Assembly (NCBI GenBank): GCA_002633005.1
Contig: NMRA01000670.1
Span: forward strand, 39,843-103,842
Length of the DNA: 64,000 bases
From: Phoronis australis
Lineage: Eukaryota > Animalia > Phoronida
Direction of reading: 5' to 3'
This document shows, in pieces, positions 41,688 to 55,978 of this stretch. Both the position numbers and the translations under genes were made by a program. The notes under the pieces were generated by a model. It ran no database searches and had not been told where the DNA came from. It saw nothing but the letters and a program-made list of their open reading frames with translations. Numbering within the stretch: the first letter of the stretch is position 1; each line of letters opens with the position of its first letter.

Positions 41688-42149
41688 AGGGCCTTTAACA
41701 CTAAAGTCGGCGCGTCGTTTTGGGGAGTTGCGGTCAGTATGAACGCTAAACTTCGGTCCTGGATCGAAGTTAACAGCGCCAGTTAACTTCGCAGTAAACA
41801 GGTGGATTTAATAGCGGAACGTCGATGCCGTGAAGCAGTATGAACGGTCAACTTCGGTCCCATCAAAGTTATCGCCAGGTGCCAGTTATCATCAACACTT
41901 AAAGGGTAGTGACTAGTCGCTAATAGTTGCTAATATTTTGCTCGAATAATCACCAATGGAATTAAAAATAAATTCTATGTCAAATTTTAGCGTGCAGTGC
42001 TACCTTGCAATTAATTCGATGACAACAGCGTCACCTACAGTTTACTCTGATGTCCGTTAACAACCAAAGCCAGTATGAACGGTTTAGTTTACTTTGCAGT
42101 TTATGTCGCTGCTCCGCTTGACCGGATTTAAGTTAGTATGAAAAGGCCT
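41688..42149. mobile_element. PIF/Harbinger (Tourist-like) MITE, copy 2
   Basis: TAA|AGGGCCTTT ... TATGAAAAGGCCT|TAA; internally colinear with 14058-14564. Confidence 0.85.
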
Positions 42150-42190
42150 TAAAAAGGTTACCAAACCCCGTTTTGGCCTATTAACAGATA

Positions 42191-43643
42191 CAGTTTTCGC
42201 CGTAATAACCGCCCATGCGTCTATAAGCGCCCCCCACGCGTTTTCAGACTTTGCTAAAATAAGAGCCCAGTACATGAACATGTACATGCGAAAAATGCCA
42301 ATTTATCAATAATATTCGACAGTCCTGAAAAAAATCATTGTGTGCAGAATTTGTAGACCACGAGCCTCGCCACTATGTTGGTTAATATTAATTTAGCCGT
42401 GACTATACACATCAAACTTCCGCCATGCCTCAAAACGAACACATAAGTTCTGTTGATATTGCGAGGAGCAATGGTCTGGCCTTTCAGAACAGAAGTAGTG
42501 TACTTGTATACGGGATTGCTTTGTAGATATTTCCCGCTTTCAACAGGAATCCAAATTTCTTTGTAGGCCTACACATGAAAACCACGAATCAAAGACTAAT
42601 AAAAAGCTTGGCCAGTGTTAAAAGCAGGTGGCCAGGAAGCGCGCGCTTACATAAACCTGTCATCAAAGACATCAGTTGGGAATTATCCATTCATGAAATG
42701 GGTAGCATAGCATCAGCAAAAAAATGAATACTGGCACTAATTTCTGACAGTTTCTAATACTATAAAAAAATGTTTGCGGTATTTTTAAGATGAATTGTTT
42801 GATTAACCATAATTGGTGTTTTTAAGCCAAATATCCGATAAAATGACCTCTGGCAGTGAATGCTTACACACCTTTACACTGAAAAATAACTGTCAGATAG
42901 TCATGTACGCCGCATCCAGTCACACGGCGACTAATATGGTCTTACCGAGACAAATGTCGAACGTTTTTAGCAACATGAGACCGGCAAGTGCTGAATGAAA
43001 CACGCTCTGGTTTAGGCCTACTGCTTGGGCAAATTTCTTTAGATACAATGCACATCTAGCTTGTTAGTCTGCGGGGCTTTGGCCAAAAGACAGTATCTGC
43101 TCTGGCAAATGAACTCTGGTGACACGCACGCGCTCGCTTACTCACACAGACAACTTCAAAACAAACATCACGTGACAACAACATGTGTGTTCATCCAGAC
43201 ATTATTCTCATGTTGCCAATCATACATGTAGATGGTATGATGTACTAGCACAGATTTGTACTTAAACCTGCCGTGATCCCGACTCCACGGGAACTTAAAA
43301 TTCTTAGGGACGCTAATTGGACAACTTAAGGAGGATTTCAGGTAATTTGCTTGAGTCAACGATTGCGAGGCAGGCAGTTGGCGAGTTTTTGCCCTGGGAT
43401 TTCAGCACAATTTTCTGTAAAATGATCGTAATTTAGCCGCTAAGTTTGATAGCAATACACCACGGTTTTGTAGAAAGTCTTTGCATAGATTACAGATACG
43501 TCACAGAGAGTAAATATGATGAATCTTAGCTTCCAACTTCACCCGATTCGGAGACCGGGTTTCAACGGCCTTGGGTTATAATAAGCGTCCCCCCCGAAAC
43601 GAACTTTTCTAAGCGCCCTGGGCGGTTATTACGGCGAATACGG
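42191..43643. mobile_element. HIRAN-remnant TIR element, copy 3
   Basis: TA|CAGTTTTCGCCGTAATAACCGCCC ... GGGCGGTTATTACGGCGAATACGG|TA; colinear with copy 1. Confidence 0.9.
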
Positions 43644-46600
43644 TAGTTAAAACGACATTCCCATCCAATTCCCTAAAACAATATAATGCTCTATAACTCT
43701 CAACAACATTTGAAAGTTTGCAGGAAAAATTGAAAATTCCTTTTGGAGTCTGCTAATCGGGCAAGCGTGACCTCGTATGACCTGCTTTTAGCCAATTACA
43801 AGACCACTCACCAAGAACCATAATGTCCAATGTGTGACATACAGCGAAGTATTAGTTTTTAGTCGATTCCTGTTTAATCCTTCAAGATTGGCGCCAATGA
43901 TGGATTAGAGGATGACAGAACGAGGATTGTCTGAAATCACCGAAACAGGGTTTACTATCCTTTTAAGGTTATGTATGCCCCTAGCAAAATGTCAAAATTT
44001 GGCAAACTTTGGAACATTATATCTCAGAAATGGTGGACTGGATTATACACTGTTGTCTAATACAACGCTAGCAAGTGCTTTCAAAATGTTGCACTTGCGC
44101 ATGAGGGGCTGTCACAAAATAGGACTTCTAAGATTTTTATGAAAAAATCGAAAGTCGCATAAAACAAAAATGAAATCCTAATTTAGAAGACTGCAATGGC
44201 GTTTTTGAGATTTCATCCTGAAAATTTATATCAAATAAAATTTGGCCATGCAATTGATAGCAGTTTTGCAGATATTTGGCTAGACAATACGGTCCTAAAT
44301 AACCTCAATAGATTACGGGAACTTTGACGTTTAATGCCAGTTATGTACTTAGAAAATGTCCGATATATTAGATTGTAAGGAAAAAATAACTTGAGAATCA
44401 TAATAACTAGTTACAATTTCTGACAGATGAGGCTATGTTTCACTTCATCAAAGGATGTTTCTCACTCGATCATATTAGATATTCAGAGCAGAGTTCCATT
44501 GACTTGTGAAATACAAAATATCACAGTTACGCTTGTAACAAACAGTCAGTATTCCTCGGAACTATTGGTGAAGCGTGACAGTACCTGTTGGCAGCGGTGG
44601 TCACGAAACATTTTGAATCTTATAGCGCAATGTGGTAGAACAGTGAAATCATTTTTGTCACATTTTTTGTTATATTTGTCGAAAACTAATTTAATCATAA
44701 ATTCTGTGGCATTATTGGCAGTTTTGGACCACATACCTGCTCTCAACTGATACAATGTAAAATTCAGTGTTTTTAGCAATGTAATAAGCTTTTGAAAAAA
44801 TAGAAAAACGATGAAACCACAGTTAGTCAAATTTTCATCAACAGAAATCACTGAACCACAAAAGGCAAAAGTCATGTGCACCTTGCGAGTTACCCCAGAA
44901 TAACATGTCCTTGAGCACCTAGCCACAGATCGGCTGAATGTCTACAGTCACCACCCTACACCTTGCAACAGATATGGCACAAACAGGATTAGCCTGCAAT
45001 TTCTTGAGCCTTGTCTGCAGGTTTGTGTCCTCACTACAGCTTGTGTTAGGGGGCATTACCGTAGATACCCCAGAACAAGTTACCATACCTCAATAAGGTG
45101 GGTTAGACTGTCACATGTGTGTCAAATTGCCTCAAAACAAATAGCATTCACACAACCGCTAAACCAAGCAACAATTCATTCCACCAGTAGGTTGTAATGT
45201 ACGCTGCACTACAATGAAAATACAAAAAAAAATGAGAACACTACCTCACTCATAAAAACTGCAACAAATTAGTGTCTTGAGTAATTTGAAGAATTTTTTA
45301 ATGGTACTGAACATGAACTTAAATCTTTTAAAACAATTAAAATACCCATGACCTTCACATGGTACTAAAAATATAACTATCCTATTTAAAGAGGCATGGA
45401 ATGCAAAAGCTCGTCAAAAATATATATTAAACATTTCTTGACGAAAGTACCATCTCGCAACGTCTATTACTCAGTGATTTGCATTCCCTTGTGAGGAAAT
45501 TTCCAGAAAAAATCACAAAATTGGCGATTTATGAAATATGTGCAAAGGAAAAACTTGATGGTTACCACAGAGTTTCTGATCTCCCTCCCACTTATGATAA
45601 ATGCCCGGATGCGCTTAAAGAAAGTCAGTTGCTTAAAGTTGCTTGAGGTAAAAGGTCACATCTTCCATATAAGGGAAATGTGCTACGTCTGTCTTGCCAT
45701 ACCAAATAAGGAAACATGCTTTGTGGGAGAAAAATCAACGGAGTAGCGACCAGTTGACAGAAATTTTTTTTGAAATTTGAAACTTAAAGAAAATGCTTTG
45801 ATATCAACAGAAATTATAAATCTTGACGAACAAACCCTAAAAACACCAGGTGAGCAGGTTGACTTCTCTTTCGGTGGCAGAGAACCACTTTCAATATTGC
45901 AATTTAGTCTGTTTATCGCGTTCCAGGCCTATTTAACAATTTTATACCAAAAGATATGTAAAAAGTGAATATGGTAAAAACAATCCTGCGAGATAGGAAC
46001 CAATGTTGTTGAAGTTTCAATTTCTAAGACACTTATGCCATTTGCAAAAAAGTTAAAATCACAGTTAATAAGAACAAAGCCCCCACGTCATTATTGCCGT
46101 TAATTCTAATGTTTACCATATCTAAAATGAGTAGAGGGCTTTTTCACAATGTACAACGCATGAATTCTAAAAACAGGCCAAGGAAAACATTGAGTGATTG
46201 GGAATGGCTCCCTTTGCCCCTCGTGTCTATACATGTAAAAACCTTACATAGATGTCAGCCAACTAGCTAAATGTACTCATTCACTAAAGCCGAGAAAAAG
46301 CCAACAAAGTATAGAATGGATACAAAAATCGAGTTGATGGTTAAAGCACGTCCTGAGCATGAGATCAAAACAGTGAAATGTCAAATTACCTGAAATAAGG
46401 AATTTGTTTTCACAACTTGCTGTGTTTGTGAACACAAAGTCACAGAGGCGTGAGGTGACCAACGCAACATTCGTTCTTAACAGTTGTATGCATGCAGACA
46501 CACAACTCCCCCAGGATCGTTTTCCCCCAGCATCTTTCTACCATATGTACAAGTCATTGACACAATGATATAGTGACTCGGTGAATGAAAGGACTGGGGG

Positions 46601-49188
46601 TACATGCGGAGCTGCTCTGTGCCTGGCGGAGATTCGATTAAGAGACAGCACTGTAACCTTTGACCTGGGATAAGTAGTAAACAAATTTCTTTGCCCTTGT
46701 GCAGTTCCAAGGTGGTTTTCTCGCTACGCTATACATATTTCATGTCTGCAGTTCCCCGAGAATGAAGATATAGCATTTTGCTAGACATACGTGAAATATT
46801 GTAAAAATGGACAATTTTTGTGAATAAGGTTTGAGATATCCTTAAGCTAAAAACCAATGCCCCTGATGGCCAAATGATGAAACGATCAGAATCTTACACT
46901 GATGTCAAACAAGTTAGGTGTACCTGTCAACCTGACAATTCAACTTCCAAAGAACCACTCTGTTCGGAAATTGTTCATTTTCTCTATCACCGATCAGTTT
47001 GGTCACCTTATTCCAATAGCAAATGTTTAGCTGATTTTCAAAATGTCGTGACAGATTATCGCACTTCAACGCATATGCCCAGGACCCAGAGAAAATACTA
47101 AACTCTCAGGAAATAACGGCATTCAAGCAGCTGAAACGGAGTTCGGCAAATAAGACATTTTAAACTCAAATTAAACCAAATGTTTTGTACATTATGCATT
47201 GAAACTTCATCCGGGCATAAACAAATCCTCAAAGCTGTATGTCCTTGATTGTCAACGTGTGCCTTCCAAACAGTCACAAACATTGCCAATACAATGCTAA
47301 ACATGACCTAAAAGTAATGGTGGGGAAATTTAAAAACTTTCTGAAAAGTCATGAAGTCTTCTTTAGTTTGAAATCCAAAAAATTCAAAAGCAATCAAAAA
47401 AGGCAAGAACAAGGATTTACGACTAATTAAACACATTAATGCTATCTGACGGTGTGAAAATACCATCATATTACTTGGCCTCACATCAACAAAAACAAAA
47501 TGAAATGTAGCGTGGCTTGTCATCAGATCACAAAAAACAGAAGAGTAGGCAAAACACTAGGTGACTGGTCACAAAGAATAATGCGTTTTGAAAACAAAAG
47601 AACTTACTAGAAACAATAGCAGTGCAGGGGAATTCCTGACCTGGTTTGAACATGTGCCCTTTGGGCGCACCTAATGATAAAAAGTGTGCCTTTTTCAAAA
47701 AGATGTCCGCACCAGATTTAGTGTAATTAATGAGAAACAGACACCAAGCAATCAAAATAAGTCACATTTTACCCGACTAAGTTGACTAGAATCTTGTATT
47801 TTTGAAAGACTGTTGCGTTTTAGAAATGTACGTGTGGGGACGCACTGCTGCAATGTACTAAGGCCTCTTTTATTTTTTTCATGCGCTAATGGTACAAAGG
47901 CGCAGTACAGGAATATCCCAGCAACGCACCATTGAAATGTACCCACAGTGCACTGTACAAGGAAACAACAACTTGGATACACTGTAACAGCCAAAATTGA
48001 CAAAAAAGTGTTGGTACCTCACCTTGACTTAATTTGTGAGGGAAAATTCCTAAACTTTCCTACTCTTTATAAAAGGAGATAAGAAGTTGTCATTCTGTCT
48101 CTTGACTTGAGCTATACGATTCATTTGTATTATTGACGGTGTTCCTGTGAAATAAATGGTTAAAGCAAAATTTCCCCTGAGCAGTCCATAGCCAGCTCAT
48201 TATGCATGCATTCTGTTTGCTTCGAAAAAATTATCAAGATAAGCGGCAAAAAAGTTTGGTCTCGATACTAAATTACTGCACATGATCACTCCTTTCTAGG
48301 TGGTAAGCCTCTTTAAAAACATTGTCATTCCAAATCTACTAAATGTTTTTACATAACTCTTGCACGTGAAGTCTGACATCATTAGACCCCTCTGAGCATT
48401 AACCCAATCAATTGTTTGTCCAGGTAAACGCTCACTCCAACTTATCATAACAAATTGTTTCTAAGAGTCCATATGCTAGTCTTAATGGCCAAACAGTGAC
48501 ATTTTAGTTCTCCAATGCATGGTTACACACAAAAGGAGAAGTGAATGATACAACCAACTTCATTCTTGGTCTTTAAATCATTCCAATGTTCTTTTGACTC
48601 TGAACTTTGTGGTGTGCCACCTGAACTGATGTCGTGGTAGTCCCCAAATCATGTAAAATGTTGTTAAAACTCAAGAGTTAAGTTTATGTAGGATCCTAGA
48701 AAAATGTTAACATCTGACTTAACTCCTCAACATCATATTTCAAAAATGGTTGATTGAATTAATATGAACCTTTCAGATACTACGCTTTTTACGCATCGTT
48801 GTTCAAAATGCAGTTTAGAATTGTAAAATGCTCCACATTTGCAAGCGGGAATACCATTTTTATGCAAAAATAAATCAAAAGTTGCATGAAATGAAAACGA
48901 AATAATTTAAAAAACTGCAACAAAATTGTTGAGATTTCATCTTCAAAATTCATATCAAATGAAACTTGGTCATATTACTAAGTCAATTAATGGCAAATGG
49001 GTTATAAAGTTAAAAATCAACAGGCTTTCTACTTTTGAAAATAAATACTTTTACTAAGTTAAAATCTACAGTTATGTTGATATTTGGCTAAATACAAGGC
49101 CTTGTTGATAAGGTCTTTTAAAAGCAATGTTAATGTTGAAAATATCACACTTCTATCAGTTATTAACCAATCAGATCTTGCCTTTCAG

Positions 49189-49264
49189 GTGCAGCAGCAG
49201 GAGGCTCAGTAGGAGCAATTCTATTGGTTGTTGCTATGGTACTGTTACTTTACATGAAATGCAG
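49189..49264 (+). CDS. Gene C transmembrane exon (GAAAGGSVGAILLVVAMVLLLYMKCR)
   Basis: Acceptor CTTGCCTTTCAG, donor CAG|GTAAGT; phase 1 in, phase 2 out; hydrophobic helix with small-residue GxxxG-type motifs. Confidence 0.88.
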
Positions 49265-49567
49265 GTAAGTGAAGCAGAGGCATTCAACCATCTCCAGTTT
49301 ACAGATACGATCAACTAATTCAATTAAATATGTTTCATTAAACACATAATTATAATGATTGATTATCAGCTTAAGTTGATTTTTTCAAAGTATTATGAAG
49401 ATCAGCAGGCACATTGCAATGTTGTATTATCCATTACCACAATGGCTCGAACACCGTGGCTTTCAGAGAACCTTACAACCATTTTTTGCCTGAGAATATA
49501 CTTTTTTCGGAGACTTTGAGAAAAATCAACTGAGGCAAATAAACATTTGTTAAAACTGCATGTTTAA

Positions 49568-52516
49568 CTAGAACGCAATTGCGTATGCGCACTTACAACT
49601 CTGCGCATGGTGTACGCACGTGGAGAATGGAGTATAAGGCGCATTACATTGCATAGAAGTTGCGTCTTTTGAGTGAAAGAGAGAGATGTCCCTGGTAACT
49701 ATGAAAGAGAAAGAGTGAAGTTAGAATATCATGAGAAAACTGCACTTAATGACCCCACAGTTTCATCTAATGACCCTACAATTTGTTAATGGATTTCCTT
49801 GAAGAATGAAAATGATACGTAAGGTCTAGCTCAAAAATCTCTTTTGCACTTACTGACCTTTCTCCCAGAAATTCGGTTCAGTTGATCATCGAAATTCCAT
49901 GTAAGTTGTGGGTGCTCTTATATGGCACCAAGCTGTTCACCAAATTTAAAAGGCAATCTCAAAAATCACAGAAGCACTTCAAAGAATTATACTGGTTGAC
50001 CCTCTTGCGGTCCTATACTGCATTTTGGGTCATACACGTATTATCAACAGAATTTGATCGGCAATTGGTTGAACCTCCATGAATTTGAACACTCTTCCTT
50101 AAATGCATCATTCAAGTACAAGCTGATTAAAAATGTCTTAAATTTTACACAAAACTGCACTGAATGACCCCAAAGTTGCACCTAATGACCCCAAAGTTTG
50201 TGACTAAACTTCCTTTATGAATGGTAATCATATGCATGATTATGAAACCTCAAGCTCAAAAATCCCTTTTGCACTTAATGACCTTTGACCCAGAAACTCG
50301 GTTCCTTTGATCCGATTGGAATTCCAAGTAAATTTGGGATGCAGATCTCTAGTGCCTTCTTGTTATCAAAATTCGAAGAGTCTATCTAAAAACCTGTAGA
50401 AGGAGAAGCAATTCGACGGAATGCACTCCTTGACCCTTCTTGGGGCAATCCGGTGCATTTGTGAGTCAAATCCACGGGATCACTTGAATTTGATTGGCAA
50501 TTGGTTGAACCACCATGAATTTGAACGCTCTCACTAACGCATCAATTAAGTACAAGCTGATTGAAAAAGTATTAAATTTAACAGAAAAGTGTACTTAATG
50601 ACCCCAAAGTTGCACCGAGTGACCCCAAAGTTTGTGACTGCACTTCTTTTACGAATGGTAATCATATGCATGATTATGAAAGGTCTAGCTCAAAAATCAC
50701 TTTTGCCCTTAATGACCTTTGACCTGGAAACTCAGTTCCCTTGGTCCAATTGGAAATCCGTGTAAATTTCTGATGCACTTCTTTAGCCCCTACTTGATAA
50801 CAAAATTCGAAGCATCTATCTAAAAAACTGTAGAAGCATTTTGACAAAATACACTCCTTGACCCGTTTCAGGTCATCCTAGTGAATTTAGGGTCAAAAAA
50901 TATTATTAGTATAAATCCCTTAACTATCGTATCAATAACAATGGATATTATTGTTATAAATGAATGAATGCAAGAGTAATAACAATATGAAAAGGAAGGA
51001 AGAAGAAGAATAAGAATAATAATAAGAACTAGAATACAATTGCATATGCACACTTACAACTCTGCGCATGGTGTATGCATGTGCATAGTGAGGTATAGGG
51101 GCATTACACTGCATAGAAGTTGCATCCTTTGCATGAAAGAGAGAGCTGTCCATGGTAACTATGAAAGAGCAAGATTGAAGAATAAGAATATCAACGGAAA
51201 ACTGCACCTAATGACCACACAGTTGATTCAATGACCCCAAAAATTTGTGACTGAATTTTCTTTACGAATGAAAACTATATAAGTGATTATGTAAGGTCTA
51301 CCTCAAAAATCACTTTTGCACTTAATGACCTTTGACCCGGAAACTGAGTACCCTTGATCCGATTTAAATTCCACTTAAATTTCGGATGCAGATCTGTAGT
51401 GCCTACTTGTTATCAAAATTCGGAGAGTCTATCTAAAAACCTGTAGAAGAAGCAATTTGATGGAATGCACCCCTTGACCCATTCCGGGTCAATCCGGTGC
51501 CTTTTGAGTCAAATCAATGTGATCAAAAGAATTCGATCGGCAATTTGTTGAACCACCATGAATATAAATGCTCTCCCTAATACATTATTTAAGTACAAGC
51601 TGATTGAAAACGTCTTAAATAGTGAACCCAAAGTTTGTAACCAAACTTTATGAATGGTCACCATATGCATATTTATGAAAGGTCTAGCTCAAAAATCACT
51701 TTTGCACTTAATGACCTTTGACCCAGAAACTAGGTTCCTTTGATCCGATTAGAAATCCAAGTAAATTTTGGAAGCACTTATTTGGTACCTACTTGTTTAC
51801 AAAATTGAAAGTCTTTCTAAAAACCCGTAGAAGAAGCAAATTGAAGGAATGCACTCCTTTACCCGTTTCAGGTCATTCCGGTGCACTTTGAGTCAAATCC
51901 ATGTGATCAATAGAATTTGGTCGGCATTTGGTTGAACCACCATAAATATGAACGCCCTCCCTACTGCATCATTTAAGTTCAAGCTGATTGAAAAAGTGTT
52001 AAATTTAACCGAAAACTGCACTTAATGACCCCAAAGTTGCACTTAGTGACCCCAACGTTTGTGACTGAACTTCCGTTATGAATGTTGATCATATGCGTGA
52101 TTATGAAAGGTCTAGCTCAAAAATCACTTTTGCAGTTAATGACCTCTGACCCAGAAACTCGGTTCCCTTCATCAGATTGGAATTCCAAATAAATTTCGGA
52201 AGCAGATCTCTAGTGCCTACTTGTTAACAAAATTCGAAGAGTCTATCTAAAAACCTGTAGAAGAAGAAGCATTTTAACGGAATGTACTCCTTGACACGGT
52301 TTAGGTCATTCCGATGCATTTTGGGTCAAAACGATATCATCAATAGAAATCCCTTGATTATCATATTAACCACAGTGAGTATGACTGTTGTAAGTGAATG
52401 GATGTAAGAGTAATAACAATCTGAAAAGGAAGGAAGAATAAGAAGAATAAGAATAAGAATATGAAGATAAAATACGTAGAACAGTCAAACTCTGCACTTA
52501 CACGCGTACAGTAATA
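49568..52516 (-). mobile_element. Head-to-tail dimer of Helitron/Helentron-like non-autonomous elements (HINE-like) with ~430-bp internal tandem repeats
   Basis: Units start at CTAG 49568 and 51029, each followed by a palindrome (ACGCAATTGCGT in unit 1) and CACTTACAACTCTGCGCATGG; CTCAAAAATC..GACCTT core recurs every ~390-435 bp; each unit ends in an AAG/AAT microsatellite. Confidence 0.75.
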
Positions 52517-53809
52517 AGCATGTAAAATGGAGAAGTTACAGACAATTTGTTATAAAGATACAGTCCACAAGGTAGCTCTTAACCGAGCCTATTGATTGTC
52601 TGACTGATTGAATTGGAGAGATTTCATCCACACAAATCTTCTTTGATTAGCAACACTGTATTGGGGGGAGGCATGTTGCGGACGCGTACTTTGGACTCTG
52701 GTGTGCTCCAGTGACTGTTCTAGCTTTCCATCATGCAGTTTACACATGACTAAGTTATCTCCCATGTCACACGATACTTATCAACAAGAGAGCAATCTCA
52801 CTATGCATTTGAAAAACAACTGTCACCTGCCGCTAATTGCGGAAGACACAACTGATGAGCGTTGCAGTGCTTTCATTTCATGGAAAAACACCGTCAGTCC
52901 TGGATGATAGTCATACTTTGATCGAGACAGTCGGTAACAACTGTCACAGTATGAGAAGAAGCAGAACAATAGAAATAACAATGAAAGGTTCGAAAGGTTC
53001 ACAATTCAACGTCAGTGACAATCTCCATGGTGCTGGAATATGATCACAGGAAATTGTAAAAATTAACTGCCTTTCAGCTATGGTCACCAACCTTATCTCG
53101 CTAAAGTGCCTAATTGTTCTGAGCAGAGTATTTTGTCAAATTACTGCAAAAATAAGGTGACAATTAGAGCACCTTAGCATACAATGCTTGCCTCAATTAA
53201 ATAACTATACAAAGCACACAAGGCTTGACTCAATAAGATAACTGGACTGTCAGCACACAAGGCTTGCCTCAATAAGATAACTGGACAAAGCAATTATTAC
53301 TGAAACATGACATAACACGCAGGCTTTCACAAACCAAATGGCAATTAGAATGCAGTGCTGTTTTATATTGGTCAAATAGTTAGAGATGTATTTGCAGGCT
53401 CCTAACTATGCCAATGTACAGCAGGAACTAAACGACAATACTATTTGAATGTCATCTACACTAAACAAAGTGCAATTGTACTTATTGACAACTCGTAAAT
53501 GTGAAAACAAAAAATTCTGTCAATAGGTGACCTTTGCACTAATGACGTACCTTGGGGGCTCACATAGCCCACATCATGCAATGTTATTCCACAACAGCAC
53601 GTCACAAATTCGTTCTTAAAAACATTTGGCATTTTTCAATGTACTTCATATTCACATCGTTACAATATGTTGTGTTTCTAATTTGACCAAGCAATCACAG
53701 AGATGAGGATTTAGCGTGCAAGTTCCACTTTAAATATTTTTCAACTATCTGACTATAAATGTTGACAAAAATATCAAGTGTTTCACTCTCTTCAATAATG
53801 TGACAATTA

Positions 53810-54083
53810 AAACTGCATTTCACCCTGTTTACTGGCTAAAAAATCAAAACCCAAATTATACCTTTTACTCTCACAAAATGTCATAATACTCCTTACCTTC
53901 AGATACAATGCTGTTTCCATAACTAACTCAAGTCAAAAGTAATGCGTACATGCGCTATTTTTCAAATTAATGGAAATAGAATCTTATCAAGGTAAGGACT
54001 ACTATGAGAACAATTTTACGACAGTAAATGACCTATTTCAATTTTCGTTTTTAGTGAAATAAACAGGTCAAAGTGTAGTTTTA
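53810..54083. mobile_element. Foldback MITE related to 4320-4680, TTAA-flanked
   Basis: TTAAAACTGCATTTCACCCTGTTTA ... TAAACAGGTCAAAGTGTAGTTTTAA imperfect inverted arms. Confidence 0.6.
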
Positions 54084-54967
54084 AAACATAATAACGTTCT
54101 GCTGGTGTTTTATCTGTGATGCTCTTTCAAAGTTCTGATCTAACAAACATTTAATAAAAAGCCAAAGAGGATACACCTTCATATTCCTGACTTTAGCTGC
54201 TTATTAATGTGTGACTGTGCTTCTGCAGAACAGGTCTTTTGGAAATGATCTAACAATGTGTTGCAGGACTAACGCACTTCTTGCATTAAAATTCATACAG
54301 TAATTCTAAAAATACAGGTAGGAGCACATGTGACATGACTCTGATGATGGTTGATACATTAAGACTTGGGTGCACTGGAGTTTAGCATTGTGACAGGGTA
54401 CCATCTTTGTCAAGCAATACTATTCAGACCTTGCTCTCTTTAGTTGCAGAGGGAAACAAAAAGGGTTACATACCTCTAACCACGAATCTATTCCAGAGTT
54501 CATAAACTTACCTGAAACAGAGAAAGAATATGAAAATTGAAGTTTAAAAACAATATTGTTAGCCATCGTGACAAGAGCTCCACATATCTCCATCAGAACA
54601 TCTGGTCACAACTCGTAAAATTCACACTCTACATGTATCTCCTTAATAGCTTGGAGCCATTTTTTTAAATCAGAAGCAAGATGGTACTGTGGCAGCAATT
54701 TTACAATTTTTGCTACTGCTAAACTTTCCCAGGAGGAATTTTCTCAAACTTGGCATGTAGATAGCTTTAAAAGCAACATTGTGAACAAGCACGTTCACTT
54801 GACAGAGGGACACCTGTCTCGATAGAATGTATTCTCACAACTGAACAAAGCCGATTTCAAAGCTCTGCAACTAAGAGACTAACTTTCAGTTGCCCACCAG
54901 GAGTATAAAGGTCAAGCAATGGAAGTAGGCAAATGTCAGATTGTTTAACTTAAAAATACTTTTATAG

Positions 54968-55173
54968 GAAGAGAGGCAGTAACTTGTCAAAGAGCGACTC
55001 CATGGAGAACTTCCGTAATGAGCTGAAAAGCATCAAAACTGCAAGCATTCTAGGACTAAGGTACAAGGAGTGCAGCAGACGTAAATCACAATCCTTCTCT
55101 GGCTTCCATGGGCGTCATGGCGTCGACAACGCTGGATATAACAGTCTACAGAAGCAGAGACTGCGTAAATCAA
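54968..55173 (+). CDS. Gene C juxtamembrane cytoplasmic exon (RKRGSNLSKSDSMENF...VDNAGYNSLQKQRLRKS)
   Basis: Acceptor ACTTTTATAG|G phase 2, donor A|GTATGT phase 1; open frame matches ORF 54984-55184. Confidence 0.85.
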
Positions 55174-55978
55174 GTATGTATTAGACAGGCCTAGAGCATG
55201 CCTGATATGCAATACTGATACCTGGAATCTTTTGGAGAAATGGGACCTTGGTAAAAGAAGAAATTATGCCAAAAATACCCGAGAGTCTATCGCCTCATTC
55301 CTGGTGAAGTGATACCTAGTGTCACAAATAGAGGAGTACCACTGTGATCTTAACACCTCAAACAACCCTAGTAAAATGGTACCTGGCATCAGAAATAATG
55401 AACTGAGAACCAAGGGAAATATAGGACCATAAAACAAGTTGCCTGGACAAGTTGCAATGAGTTTCTTTTAAATTTTGTTTTAATTGTAGGCATCCCAACA
55501 TTTGTAATGCAGACAAAATAACGTTCACAGGCAATTGTCCAACTCGAGTGAAATTTCGAACTCCTGCAGTTACTTTAGCAGAGGCAAGGATACAGCTAGT
55601 ATAACACCTACACACATCATAACATGAAATGGTGTTACACCTGTGTATCCAAGTTTAACTCAAAACTTTGACACTGGGAGTATGCTACACTAACCCCACA
55701 ATTTGAACTGATTCAATGAATTGAATCGTGAAGTCTCTGGTTTTAACCTGTCATAACCACTTGTGACTACTGGAACCATTTGCAATATCTTTGATACTTA
55801 AATGACAAAAATTCAATGGACAAAGAGTATTTGAGTTTTTTAAAATTTAAATAACATAAATATAAAAACAACCACGCACAGCTTGAATGCTATTTCCAAG
55901 TTTTGGTGAAACCACCTCATAAAACGGGAATTTCACATGAGCCATAGACTAGTAACAGTTTCAACTGCTTGGTTTCAG

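Noticed and set aside
53212-53288. 39-bp tandem duplication
   Set aside because: Only about two units; ordinary slippage
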